Below, piece by piece: positions 48,135-57,525 of a stretch of 64,000 nt of DNA; within the stretch, counting starts at the first letter, position 1; each line of letters opens with the position of its first letter. The notes below the pieces were generated by a model. The model saw nothing but the letters and a program-made list of their open reading frames with translations. It was not told the DNA's origin and searched no databases. The translations under genes and the position numbers were made by a program. The stretch covers positions 49,422 to 113,421 of the forward strand of contig JAXDXW010000004.1 of the NCBI GenBank assembly GCA_034087725.1. The letters are read 5' to 3'. Source of the DNA: Candidatus Onthovivens sp. GTDB lineage: Bacteria; Bacillota_I; Bacilli_A; RFN20; CAG-826.

Positions 48135-48168
48135 GAACAACAATTTAACAACTATTGTTGTTTTTTTG
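48135..48168 (+). terminator. Rho-independent terminator after the XRE gene
   Basis: GAACAACAAT/ATTGTTGTT 9-10 bp stem with a 9-nt loop and T7. The T-tract runs into the TGTATAAT of the next gene. Confidence 0.7.
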
Positions 48169-48181
48169 TATAATTAAAAAT

Positions 48182-49441
48182 ATGAGAAAAACAATAGAAC
48201 AAAAATTACACAGCAAAAAAATTCATAAACCTAATTTTTTAATTTATAACTTTCTTGGCTATTTATGGAAATTTACTGTAGCTAGAAAATATCATTTACA
48301 AGCGGAATTTATTGATAATCCTAAAAAAGAAAAAGGACCTTATATTCTTCTTTCTAATCACGCGAGTAGATCGGATTATATCTTTACAGCTGTCCCACTT
48401 TTACCTCAAACTTTTAATTTTGTTTGCGGTTATAATGAGTTTTTTAGAAGCCATTTGAAGGGTCCGCTAAATTTGTTAAATGAAATACCAAAGAAAAATT
48501 TTACACCTGATATGTATGCCGTTACTGAAATGAGACGAGTAATTAGAGAAGGTGGCAGAATAACTTTATTTCCTGAAGGTATGTCATCAATTAGCGGTGG
48601 CAGTCAGCCTGTTGCACTAGGAAGCGCTAAATTGTTGAAATTTTTAAATGTGCCTGTATATTTAAGCCACATTGATGGTGGGTATCTTACCGCACCAAAA
48701 TATAATTTGAATGATAGAATTGGCAAAGTAAAAGTAACATTTAAAAAATTGTTTACAACTGATGAGTTAAAAAATTATTCTTTAGAAAAAATAACAGACA
48801 TATTAAATAAAGAAATCAGAACAGATGATTATTCTTACAATAAGGAACAAAAAACTTTTTATAAATCAAAGGATATAAGCCTTCATATTGAGCAACTTTT
48901 ATATAAATGTCCAAAATGTGGTTCAGAATTTTTAATGAGTAGTACAAATAACACTTTCAAATGCAATCATTGTGGTAACGAAGTTGAGATGGATAATTAC
49001 TATAATTTAGTTGCTAAAGAAGGATCTATTACTCTTGAAAATCCAAAAAAACGGTTTGATTATGAAAGGGAAGAAGTAAAAAAAGAAATACAAAATGAGA
49101 ATTTTGCGTTTGAAGACGAAGTTGAAATCGGTTTTTTACCAAAATATAAAGCTTTGAAACACAAAGCTACGAGCATAATTCAAGGAAGTGGTCTTTTGCG
49201 TATTGACCATAATGGCATTACTTTTAGAGGGACTCGTAATAATGAAAAATTTGATTTTGATCTAACTTTAAAAGAGACACCTACATATGGAATGTGCACT
49301 GATGCAAGTAGATTTTATACCTTTGTTAAAGGCGAATTTATTGAATTTTATCCAAAAAGAAATTCTGTTATTAAATGGCTTCAAGTTACAGAAGAAATGC
49401 ACAGAATGCACGGTGGGAATCGGAAAAATTATAAAGATTAG
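48182..49441 (+). CDS. Lysophospholipid (1-acyl-glycerol-3-phosphate-type) acyltransferase family protein with a C-terminal zinc-ribbon extension
   Basis: HxxxxD motif NHASRSD and FPEG motif, plus C-terminal CPKCG...CNHCG. TGTATAAT ends 7 nt before ATG 48182 with no Shine-Dalgarno sequence, consistent with a leaderless mRNA. The ORF-track start at 48155 is a TTG extension. Confidence 0.65.
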   Translation: MRKTIEQKLHSKKIHKPNFLIYNFLGYLWKFTVARKYHLQAEFIDNPKKEKGPYILLSNHASRSDYIFTAVPLLPQTFNFVCGYNEFFRSHLKGPLNLLNEIPKKNFTPDMYAVTEMRRVIREGGRITLFPEGMSSISGGSQPVALGSAKLLKFLNVPVYLSHIDGGYLTAPKYNLNDRIGKVKVTFKKLFTTDELKNYSLEKITDILNKEIRTDDYSYNKEQKTFYKSKDISLHIEQLLYKCPKCGSEFLMSSTNNTFKCNHCGNEVEMDNYYNLVAKEGSITLENPKKRFDYEREEVKKEIQNENFAFEDEVEIGFLPKYKALKHKATSIIQGSGLLRIDHNGITFRGTRNNEKFDFDLTLKETPTYGMCTDASRFYTFVKGEFIEFYPKRNSVIKWLQVTEEMHRMHGGNRKNYKD

Positions 49442-49986
49442 CCAATTTTTATAGCGTTTGGGCGAACCTCAAAAGGGTTTAATTTATTAATTCTATCGTA
49501 AAATAAAATACCACTTAGATGATCGATTTCATGTTGAGCGACAATGGCTAAATAGCCAGTGAATACAATATCTTCCTCTTTGTCTTTTAATAAGTTATAG
49601 GCATGAACATTAATTTTATAATGTCTATAAATATAGCCGTCATGTTGTTTTTTTACCGAAAGACATCCTTCTCCAGAATCTAAATAACATAATTTAGCTG
49701 ATTCTGAAATAATTTTTGGATTTACTAAAGCATATGCATATTCTTTATTGTTCTCTTTAACATATATAGCAATCATCTGTTTATTTAATCCGATTTGTGG
49801 AGCAGCTAAACCAACACCACTGCGAATTTTAAATTTTTTCGCTAACTCTTCGTCTTGAGATATTTTTAAATATTCAAGCATGTTTAGAAGTATCTGCTTA
49901 TTTTCTTCTGAGAGAGGTAATTCAACTGGTGTGCTTTTTTCTCTAATACTTTTTTTGTTGTCTTGTACAATTTTAAATAAATCCAT
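49438..49986 (-). CDS. def: Peptide deformylase
   Basis: GVGLAAPQIG, EGCLS and HEIDH motifs. Confidence 0.9.
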   Translation of the reverse strand: MDLFKIVQDNKKSIREKSTPVELPLSEENKQILLNMLEYLKISQDEELAKKFKIRSGVGLAAPQIGLNKQMIAIYVKENNKEYAYALVNPKIISESAKLCYLDSGEGCLSVKKQHDGYIYRHYKINVHAYNLLKDKEEDIVFTGYLAIVAQHEIDHLSGILFYDRINKLNPFEVRPNAIKIG

Positions 49987-50068
49987 AGATACTATTATAA
50001 ATAAAAAAATAATAAAATCATCCTTAATGAATTTTGATTTTTAGATTTTTTTAGCATATAGTTTAGTT

Positions 50069-51592
50069 ATGAAAATAGGAATTACAGGTGTTACAGGGAA
50101 TATGGGATCTGCTGTTTTGCAAGAAATAGTGGATTTACAATTTGTAGATAAAATTTATTTGTTAATAAGAAGCGAGAAACCAAAATCTAAAAAAATATCT
50201 AGGATTTGCAAGGTTTTTTCTCAGAAAATTGAGTTTATCCATGGAGACATGCTAAATAAAAAAGCATTAGAAATTCTTGTAGATTGTTCGGATGTAATTT
50301 TTGATTTAGCTGCCGTCATTCCTCCAAATTCTGATAAAAATCCAAAAGCTGCTGTTGAGTGTAACGAATTAGGTGCAGAATTACTATTAAAAATAATAGA
50401 AAAGAATAAACCTGATTTATTGTTTATTCATACTTCAACTGTTGCTGTTTATGGAAATAGGAGTCCAGCTCATCCTTATGTTGAAATAGGGGATCCACTA
50501 TTACCTAGTGTTGGTGATATATATGCTATTTCTAAAATGAGAGCTGAGTATAAAATTTTTGAGTCTAGTTTATCTAAATGGGTAATTTTGAGGCAAACTG
50601 CTATGGCTCACGATAATTTAATGTCTGGTAATCTTTCGGATGGGCTTATGTTTCACACATGTTTTAATTCACCACTAGAATGGGTAACAGCGAAAGATAG
50701 TGGTTTATTGTTTAAAAATATTTTGGTTTCTTTAAAGAATGGTTTACTTAATGAAAGAAATTTTTATAAACATGTATTTAATATTGGAAATAAAGCAAAT
50801 AGAATTACTGGCTTTGAAACAATTAATAATGGATTTAGCTTAATGGGTGCAGGAACAAAAGAATTTTTCAAGCCTTATTATAATGCTTCTAGAAACTTTC
50901 ACGGAGCATGGTTTAGAGATAGTGATAAATTGAACGATTTATTTAATTTTCAAAGTGAATCATTGGATCATTTTTGGCTTGAATTTTTAAATAAAAATCC
51001 TTATATTTCGCTTGGAAAATTATGCCCTAAAAGCATTATTTCTAAATTGGTCATTGATAAGTTATTAGATGATGATAATTCCCCCAATAAGTGGGTAAAA
51101 GATAATAAAGTTCCGCTTATTAAAGCTTATTATAAGTCTATTGAAAATTTTAATAGTATTCCTCATGATTGGGATAAATTTTATCTATTTTGCGAAGATG
51201 AATCTTACAATAAACTTAAAAAGAATACTAATTTTGCTAGAATTGATTTAGGTTTTGATACTTCCAAAGATGATAGAGACATAGATATAGATGACCTAAA
51301 AAACGTTGCTTATATGCATGGTGGAAAACTATTAACAAAAGATTTTCTTAAGGGAAATGTTTATGCAAAAGTTCAATGGCAAAATGCTGATGGCGTAATC
51401 TTCGAAGCTTCACCATACACTATTTTGCGTGGAGGGCACTGGATTAATGAATCTTATTTCAAAAATATTTGGGAATTTAATAGATTAGCTAAAATTGATA
51501 AAATTTATAATCAAATTTGGTTTGACACCTTTGATAAATCAGAAGATGATATTTATTATTTAGACGAAAATTATATTTTAAAAACTAAGTAA
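50069..51592 (+). CDS. NAD-dependent epimerase/dehydratase (SDR-fold) protein with a ~180-aa C-terminal extension of unknown function
   Basis: N-terminal GITGVTGNMGSAV Rossmann motif and a YxxxK-like region. The C-terminal part has no recognisable motif. Confidence 0.6.
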   Translation: MKIGITGVTGNMGSAVLQEIVDLQFVDKIYLLIRSEKPKSKKISRICKVFSQKIEFIHGDMLNKKALEILVDCSDVIFDLAAVIPPNSDKNPKAAVECNELGAELLLKIIEKNKPDLLFIHTSTVAVYGNRSPAHPYVEIGDPLLPSVGDIYAISKMRAEYKIFESSLSKWVILRQTAMAHDNLMSGNLSDGLMFHTCFNSPLEWVTAKDSGLLFKNILVSLKNGLLNERNFYKHVFNIGNKANRITGFETINNGFSLMGAGTKEFFKPYYNASRNFHGAWFRDSDKLNDLFNFQSESLDHFWLEFLNKNPYISLGKLCPKSIISKLVIDKLLDDDNSPNKWVKDNKVPLIKAYYKSIENFNSIPHDWDKFYLFCEDESYNKLKKNTNFARIDLGFDTSKDDRDIDIDDLKNVAYMHGGKLLTKDFLKGNVYAKVQWQNADGVIFEASPYTILRGGHWINESYFKNIWEFNRLAKIDKIYNQIWFDTFDKSEDDIYYLDENYILKTK

Positions 51593-51600
51593 ATTTTTCA

Positions 51601-51629
51601 AGAACCCTGCAGAAATCGCTTATTTTTTT
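51601..51629 (+). repeat. Copy j of the dispersed repeat
   Basis: AGAACCCTGCAGAAATCGCTTATTTTTTT, between convergent genes. Its T-tail overlaps the AraC-gene stop. Confidence 0.6.
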
Positions 51630-52426
51630 AAAAATCTATATTGTTTTGGACTGGCGTTATAGTGTTTTTTAAATTGTTTTGTATAGTATGCAGTTGAATT
51701 AAAACCAACGAGCAAAGCAATTTCGGAAATGGTCATATCTGTTTGATTTAGGAGATTGATTGACTCTTTAAGCTGGCAGGATATCTTGTATTCTATTATG
51801 CCATATCCAGTTTCTTTTGAGAATTTATGACATAAATGATAAGGACTTATGTTTAGTCTAAGTGCCAAATCGTTGATAGAAAAATCTTTAGAATAGTTAT
51901 TTTCTATTATTTGACACGCGACTTCTATGATTGGGGAATATTTAGAAGACTTTGCTTCATTTATATTTACTTTTTCAAGTCTTCTAATTAATACAAATAA
52001 ACTTTCAATGGTATTTTCAATAAAATCGATATAGTGGGGACGCTTGTTTTTTGCCTCCTTATAAGTCAAATCATAAAGCATTAAAAATTGTTCGAACGAA
52101 TCATGACTTAGAGTAAATATATTAATATTTTTCCTAATATCCAGTTTGTCACCAATTTCAAGATTGGTAAACCCCATAGCGTAATAACATAGTCCATTTG
52201 TCGCTTCATAATGGCTAGAGTTCTTGTTAACTATTATAAAGTTGCCTTTTTTAACAGACGATTCTTCTCCATCATAAAAAAATTTTCCTTCTCCTTCATA
52301 TATAAGAATTAGTTCCAAATTAGGGTGCGAGTGAATTGAAGGAATAAAAGAATCTTCTATTTTTGTACGAGAAATATATAGAAGATTTGCTTTGTTTTGA
52401 GTATTAATTTCTTGACGATGGTGCAT
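51620..52426 (-). CDS. AraC-family transcriptional regulator (RhaR/RhaS-like), divergent from rhaBAD
   Basis: N-terminal cupin sugar-binding domain and C-terminal AraC-type dual HTH (GFNSTAYYTKQFKKHYNASP). Confidence 0.8.
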   Translation of the reverse strand: MHHRQEINTQNKANLLYISRTKIEDSFIPSIHSHPNLELILIYEGEGKFFYDGEESSVKKGNFIIVNKNSSHYEATNGLCYYAMGFTNLEIGDKLDIRKNINIFTLSHDSFEQFLMLYDLTYKEAKNKRPHYIDFIENTIESLFVLIRRLEKVNINEAKSSKYSPIIEVACQIIENNYSKDFSINDLALRLNISPYHLCHKFSKETGYGIIEYKISCQLKESINLLNQTDMTISEIALLVGFNSTAYYTKQFKKHYNASPKQYRFLKK

Positions 52427-52473
52427 AACAATATACTTTCATTTTATAGCAATATAATTATATTAAAAGAAAT

Positions 52474-53832
52474 ATGAAAATCTATAATGAAAATATGAAG
52501 AAAATATATTTAGCAATAGATATTGGCGCTTCTAGTGGACGCCATATTATCGGTTTTTATGATAATAACGAGTTTATAACCGATGAAGTTTATCGCTTTC
52601 CAAATTATTTTGAGTATGAAGATGGTCATAAAGTTTGGAATATTAATCGACTTTTTAAGGAAATACTAAACGGCATTCGTATCGCTTTAAAAAAATATCA
52701 ATCTATTACTTCGATGTCTATTGATACTTGGGGTGTAGATTATGTTTTGCTCGATGAAAATAAAAAGCTATTAAATCCTGCTTTTGCATATCGCGACGAG
52801 AGAACGAAAGCTATTATTAAAGAAGTTCATAACCTTATTTCTTTTGATCAACTTTATAAAATTACTGGTACTCAGTTTCAAGAGTTTAATACAATTTATC
52901 AGCTATTTCATGACAAAAAAACAAATAAATTAGAAAAAGCGAAATATTTTTTAATGTTGCCTGAATATTTTATGTATTTACTAACAGGTAAAATGACGCA
53001 TGAATATACAAATGCTTCTACAACAGGATTATTAGATTGTAAGAAGAAAGAGTATTCTCAAGAAATAATAAATAAATTAGGTTTAAAAGAAGAACTATTT
53101 ACTAATATTGATATATCTTTTCCAGGTGAAGATTTAGGATACTTTAAAGAAGGTATTCAAAAAGAAGTTGGTGGAAATATAAGAGTTAAATTATGTGCAA
53201 CTCACGATACAGCGAGTGCTGTTGAAGGCGTAAATTTTAATTTTTATACACCTTATATTTCAAGCGGAACGTGGTCTTTGCTTGGTGTAAAATTAGAATC
53301 TCCAATTGTTACAAATATTTCGATGGATACTAATTATACTAATGAGGCAGGCCCAAATTATATTAGATTTCAGAAAAATATAATGGGGCTTTGGATAATT
53401 CAAAATCTTTCAAAGCAATTAAATAAAAGCTTTACAGAACTAATAGAATACTCTTTAAAGAGTTCTTTTACTGGTATTTTTGATGTTAATGATAATTGCT
53501 TCTTGTCAACCGCAGACATGAGAAATGAAATTTACAATTATTTTGTTGATCACAATTTGAATAAACCATCAAAAGATTATGACGTTGTAAATTCTGCCTT
53601 TCATTCTTTGGCGTACTCTTACAAAATTGCAATAGACGAATTAGAGATGATAACAGGTAGAAAATATAGTGAAATTTATATTATTGGTGGGGGTGCAAAG
53701 AATGCTTATTTAAATGAGCTCACTGCAAAATATACTAAAAAAAAGATTATAGCATTACCTATTGAAGCTACTTCAATTGGAAATTTAAATGTACAAATAA
53801 GGGAGGAAAATTATGAGAAAAGAGGTAATTGA
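52474..53832 (+). CDS. rhaB: Rhamnulokinase
   Basis: FGGY-family kinase with the N-terminus AIDIGASSGRHI and C-terminal GGGAKN. It is followed by rhaA and rhaD. Confidence 0.8.
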   Translation: MKIYNENMKKIYLAIDIGASSGRHIIGFYDNNEFITDEVYRFPNYFEYEDGHKVWNINRLFKEILNGIRIALKKYQSITSMSIDTWGVDYVLLDENKKLLNPAFAYRDERTKAIIKEVHNLISFDQLYKITGTQFQEFNTIYQLFHDKKTNKLEKAKYFLMLPEYFMYLLTGKMTHEYTNASTTGLLDCKKKEYSQEIINKLGLKEELFTNIDISFPGEDLGYFKEGIQKEVGGNIRVKLCATHDTASAVEGVNFNFYTPYISSGTWSLLGVKLESPIVTNISMDTNYTNEAGPNYIRFQKNIMGLWIIQNLSKQLNKSFTELIEYSLKSSFTGIFDVNDNCFLSTADMRNEIYNYFVDHNLNKPSKDYDVVNSAFHSLAYSYKIAIDELEMITGRKYSEIYIIGGGAKNAYLNELTAKYTKKKIIALPIEATSIGNLNVQIREENYEKRGN

Positions 53833-55045
53833 AACTTATAAAAAGTACGGAATTGATTTAAAAAGTGTCTTAAAGTCGCTTAAAAAAGTGAAAATTAGTC
53901 TTCACTGTTGGCAATTGGACGACGTTAATGGATTCGAGAATTCAGGTGATTTAACAGGAGGTATTCAATCAACAGGTAACTATCCTTATAAAGCTAGAAA
54001 CTTTGAAGAATTAACGCAAGATTTAGATGAGGCTTTAAAATATATACCTGGTACAATCAAACTAAATTTACACGCAAGTTATCAAGTAAAAGATATTTGT
54101 GATAGAAGAGATATATCCCCTAAACAGTTTGAACCTTGGGTTGAATATGCAAAACAAAGAGGATTAGGCTTAGATTTTAATCCTACAATATTCTCCTCAC
54201 CTATGTTAAAGGATGGATTAAGTTTATCTTCCCCTGAAAAAGAAGTTAGAGATTATTGGATTGAACATTGTAAAAATTCTATTAAGGTAAGTGAATATTT
54301 TGCTACTGAGTTAAAGCAAAAATCTTTATGTAATATATGGATTCCGGATGGCTTGAAAGAAGTTCCGTCAGATAGAATCGGACCAAGAATTAGACTAAAA
54401 AATTCATTGGATGAAATAATTAGTACTAAGTATGATAAAAGCAAAGTTGATATTTCTGTTGAATCTAAGGTTTTTGGTATTGGTGTTGAATCATATACTG
54501 TTGGAAGTCATGAATTTTACATGAATTATGCAACTAAAAATAATTTGTTATGTTTGTTAGATACTGGACATTTCCATCCTACTGAAAATGTTGCTGATAA
54601 AATTTCATCGTTATTGATATTTAATAAAAAATTAGCTTTACACGTTTCAAGACCGGTTAGATGGGATAGCGATCATGTTTTAAAATTAAATGATGAATTG
54701 CAAGAAGTTGCCGATGAATTAGTAAAATGTAACGCCTTAGAAAGAACATATATCGGCCTTGATTATTTTGACGGGTCTTTAAATCGTGTTGCCGCATTAG
54801 TTATTGGTGCTAGAAATATTGAAAAAGCTTTATTAAAAGCTCTTTTAACACCTTGGGATTTATTAAAAGAAGCACAAGATAAGTACGACCATACATTAAC
54901 ATTGCAACTTCAAGAAGAAGTCAAGACCCTTCCATGGCAAGAAGTATGGCAAGAATATTGCAAAGAAACCGGAGTTTTGCAAGAAAGTGAATGGTTTGAA
55001 TGTGTTAGAAAATATGAAAAGGAAGTTTTATCGAAAAGAGGTTAA
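53813..55045 (+). CDS. rhaA: L-rhamnose isomerase
   Basis: SLHCWQLDDVNGFEN...LTGGIQSTGNYP closely matches the conserved RhaA N-terminal block. Confidence 0.85.
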   Translation: MRKEVIETYKKYGIDLKSVLKSLKKVKISLHCWQLDDVNGFENSGDLTGGIQSTGNYPYKARNFEELTQDLDEALKYIPGTIKLNLHASYQVKDICDRRDISPKQFEPWVEYAKQRGLGLDFNPTIFSSPMLKDGLSLSSPEKEVRDYWIEHCKNSIKVSEYFATELKQKSLCNIWIPDGLKEVPSDRIGPRIRLKNSLDEIISTKYDKSKVDISVESKVFGIGVESYTVGSHEFYMNYATKNNLLCLLDTGHFHPTENVADKISSLLIFNKKLALHVSRPVRWDSDHVLKLNDELQEVADELVKCNALERTYIGLDYFDGSLNRVAALVIGARNIEKALLKALLTPWDLLKEAQDKYDHTLTLQLQEEVKTLPWQEVWQEYCKETGVLQESEWFECVRKYEKEVLSKRG

Positions 55046-55047
55046 GT

Positions 55048-55836
55048 ATGGAATTTATAAATCAAGTTACTGATATTTTAGAATTACTTTATCAACATGG
55101 ATGGGACGAAAGAAATGGAGGAAATTTGTCTTATCTTTTAAGTGATGAAGAGGCTGATTGTTTTAAAGAAAGAGAAGGTGTTACAACTTATGAAACTACC
55201 TTTGATATGAGTTATATTGTAGGAAAATATTTTCTTGTAACGGGCACTGGAAAATATTTCAAAAATTGTAAAAAAGATCCTACACATAATTTAGGTATCA
55301 TAAAAATATGCTCCAAGAATTCTTATGAAATAGTTTGGGGATTTTTAGGTGGTGGAAGACCTACCAGTGAGCTTCCAACTCATTTAAAATGTCATATAGA
55401 AAGATTGAAAAAAGATCCTGAACACAAGCTTGTTATTCATTGTCATCCAACAAATATAATTTGTATGAGTCATATATTAGAGTTAGATTCCAATAAGTGG
55501 ACCGAAATTTTGTGGAAAATGCAAACTGAATCTATAGTTGTTTTTCCTGAAGGAGTTGCTGTTTTACCTCGGATTTTATGCGGTGGCGATGAGATTGGGG
55601 TAGCTACTGCTGAAAAAATGAAGGAATATCGATCTGTAGTTTGGGCTCAACATGGTTTATTTTGTACAGGAAGAGATTTAGACGAAACATATGGGTTGAT
55701 TGAAACTATTGAAAAAGCCGCAGAAATTTATGTAAAAATATGTGATAAAAATATTGTTCAATCAATTTCTAACGAAAACTTAAAGGAAATTGCAGAAGCA
55801 TTCCATATCAATTATAGAAAAGGTATTATTGATTAA
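55048..55836 (+). CDS. rhaD: Rhamnulose-1-phosphate aldolase (class II)
   Basis: GWDERNGGNLS and FLVTGTGKYF, with HCH zinc ligands. Confidence 0.85.
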   Translation: MEFINQVTDILELLYQHGWDERNGGNLSYLLSDEEADCFKEREGVTTYETTFDMSYIVGKYFLVTGTGKYFKNCKKDPTHNLGIIKICSKNSYEIVWGFLGGGRPTSELPTHLKCHIERLKKDPEHKLVIHCHPTNIICMSHILELDSNKWTEILWKMQTESIVVFPEGVAVLPRILCGGDEIGVATAEKMKEYRSVVWAQHGLFCTGRDLDETYGLIETIEKAAEIYVKICDKNIVQSISNENLKEIAEAFHINYRKGIID

Positions 55837-55859
55837 TAAGTTTATTTATAGAAATTAAG

Positions 55860-55896
55860 AATCCTTTAAATTAAAATATATTTAAAGGATTTTTTT
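55860..55896 (+). terminator. Rho-independent terminator after rhaD
   Basis: Perfect 11-bp stem AATCCTTTAAA/TTTAAAGGATT with a 10-nt loop and T6. ATG 55897 follows immediately. Confidence 0.7.
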
Positions 55897-57093
55897 ATGG
55901 CTAAACAAGAAAAGAAAAATAAGTTATGGGTAAAAGTTTTAAAATATAGCGGAATAAGCTTATTGATAGTTTTATCTTGCTGTATTTTAGTTGTAGGCTC
56001 TTATGCTTTATATGTTGTATGTGATTATAACCGTATTGAAGATAATCTAGTTTTAAAAGTAGAACATTCTGATAGTTCAAAGGACTTGATGCAAACAAAT
56101 ACAGAGTACAGTGCCACAACATTAAATATAGGCTTTGGTGCTTACTGTGATGAGTATAGCTTTTTTATGGATAGCGGTTATTTGGAAGACGGAACAAAAA
56201 TTCACGGAAAATATGGAAAAGCAATTTCTAGAGAAAGTGTTATTGAAAATACTGCCGGTTGTATTAATGCGGCAACTTCATTAGATAGTGATTTTTATTT
56301 ATTTCAAGAAGTTGATACAAATAGTGATCGAAGCTACCATTATAATCAATTAGAAGCGATCTTATCTAATTTTGGAAATTTTGATTCTACTTTTGCTGTT
56401 AATTTCCATAGCTCTTATCTTTTTTATCCGTTTAATGACCCACACGGGAAATCTAACGCAGGATTAAATACATTATCTAGTTTTAAAATTAATGAAGCGC
56501 TTAGAAAAAGATACACAATAAGTGATGGATTTGCTAAATATACTGATTTAGACAGGTGTTTTAGTGTAAATAGAATTAGTGTAGAGAATGAGAAAGAATT
56601 AGTTTTGATTAATTCACATATGTCTGCTTATGATGAAGGTGGTGTCATTAGAAATAAGCAACTTAATGAGTTAAATGATTTTATGTTAAGTGAAATTAAT
56701 AAAGGGAATTATGTTATTTGTGCTGGTGATTTCAACCACGATTTGTTAACTTATAATCCATTATATCCACAATTTACCAAAGAGAATTTCCCTTATAAAG
56801 AAATGATCAAACAACCTAAGCCTGATTGGATTAGTTATATGTTTGACGAAGAAAGCAATACAGTAATTGGTAATCAATTTTCAATTTATTCTGGCGCAAA
56901 TGAACCAACATGTAGAGGATGTGAAATTCCTTGGGACAGAGGGTTTAATTTTGTTACTCCTGTTGATGGATTTATTGTTTCAAATAATGTGGAAGTTAAA
57001 TCATGCCTAACAACAAGGGTTGATGGAGAAAACGGTTTTTCATACAGCGATCATCAGCCAGTTACATTAAAATTTATTTTGAAAAATAATTGA
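55897..57093 (+). CDS. Endonuclease/exonuclease/phosphatase (EEP) family protein with an N-terminal signal anchor
   Basis: K-rich N-terminus plus a TM helix. EEP-like motifs (TLNIGFGAY, LFQEVD, SDHQPV at the C-terminus). TGA stop. Confidence 0.55.
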   Translation: MAKQEKKNKLWVKVLKYSGISLLIVLSCCILVVGSYALYVVCDYNRIEDNLVLKVEHSDSSKDLMQTNTEYSATTLNIGFGAYCDEYSFFMDSGYLEDGTKIHGKYGKAISRESVIENTAGCINAATSLDSDFYLFQEVDTNSDRSYHYNQLEAILSNFGNFDSTFAVNFHSSYLFYPFNDPHGKSNAGLNTLSSFKINEALRKRYTISDGFAKYTDLDRCFSVNRISVENEKELVLINSHMSAYDEGGVIRNKQLNELNDFMLSEINKGNYVICAGDFNHDLLTYNPLYPQFTKENFPYKEMIKQPKPDWISYMFDEESNTVIGNQFSIYSGANEPTCRGCEIPWDRGFNFVTPVDGFIVSNNVEVKSCLTTRVDGENGFSYSDHQPVTLKFILKNN

Positions 57094-57108
57094 GTTTTGC
57101 AGGGTTTT
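57079..57108 (-). repeat. Copy k of the dispersed repeat
   Basis: The reverse complement is AAATAAAACCCTGCAAAACTCAATTATTTTTC. It overlaps the stop codon of the EEP gene. Confidence 0.7.
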
Positions 57109-57150
57109 ATTTAAAATTTTAAGTTTTTTAAAAATGTAGAAGGGATTTTT

Positions 57151-57525
57151 ATGATTGAAATAGGACAAGTTTTAACTAAAAAATTTATAGTGAAAGAGGT
57201 AGACTTAGCGTCAAATATTGGTAGCGGTGATTTGCCGGTTTTAGCAACTCCTGTTTTATTAAATTTTTTTGAAAACACATGCAAGGAATTGCTTTCGTTA
57301 TATTTAACAGAAGAGGACACAAGTGTTGGCGTTTTTGCATCTTTTGATCATGTTGCACCATCCAAACAAGGAGATGTTATTTGCATTAATGTAAAAGTAA
57401 TTAATATCGAAAAAAGAGTAGTAAGTTTTTCTATAGAAGCTTTTGATGGAGATAAGCTTATTTCTTCGGGTAATCATAAAAGGTGCATCGTTAACAAAGA
57501 AAGATTTCTAACTAAATTACAATAA
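57151..57525 (+). CDS. Hotdog-fold thioesterase family protein
   Basis: 124-aa protein with the size and hydrophobic pattern of 4HBT/FlK-like thioesterases. Confidence 0.5.
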   Translation: MIEIGQVLTKKFIVKEVDLASNIGSGDLPVLATPVLLNFFENTCKELLSLYLTEEDTSVGVFASFDHVAPSKQGDVICINVKVINIEKRVVSFSIEAFDGDKLISSGNHKRCIVNKERFLTKLQ

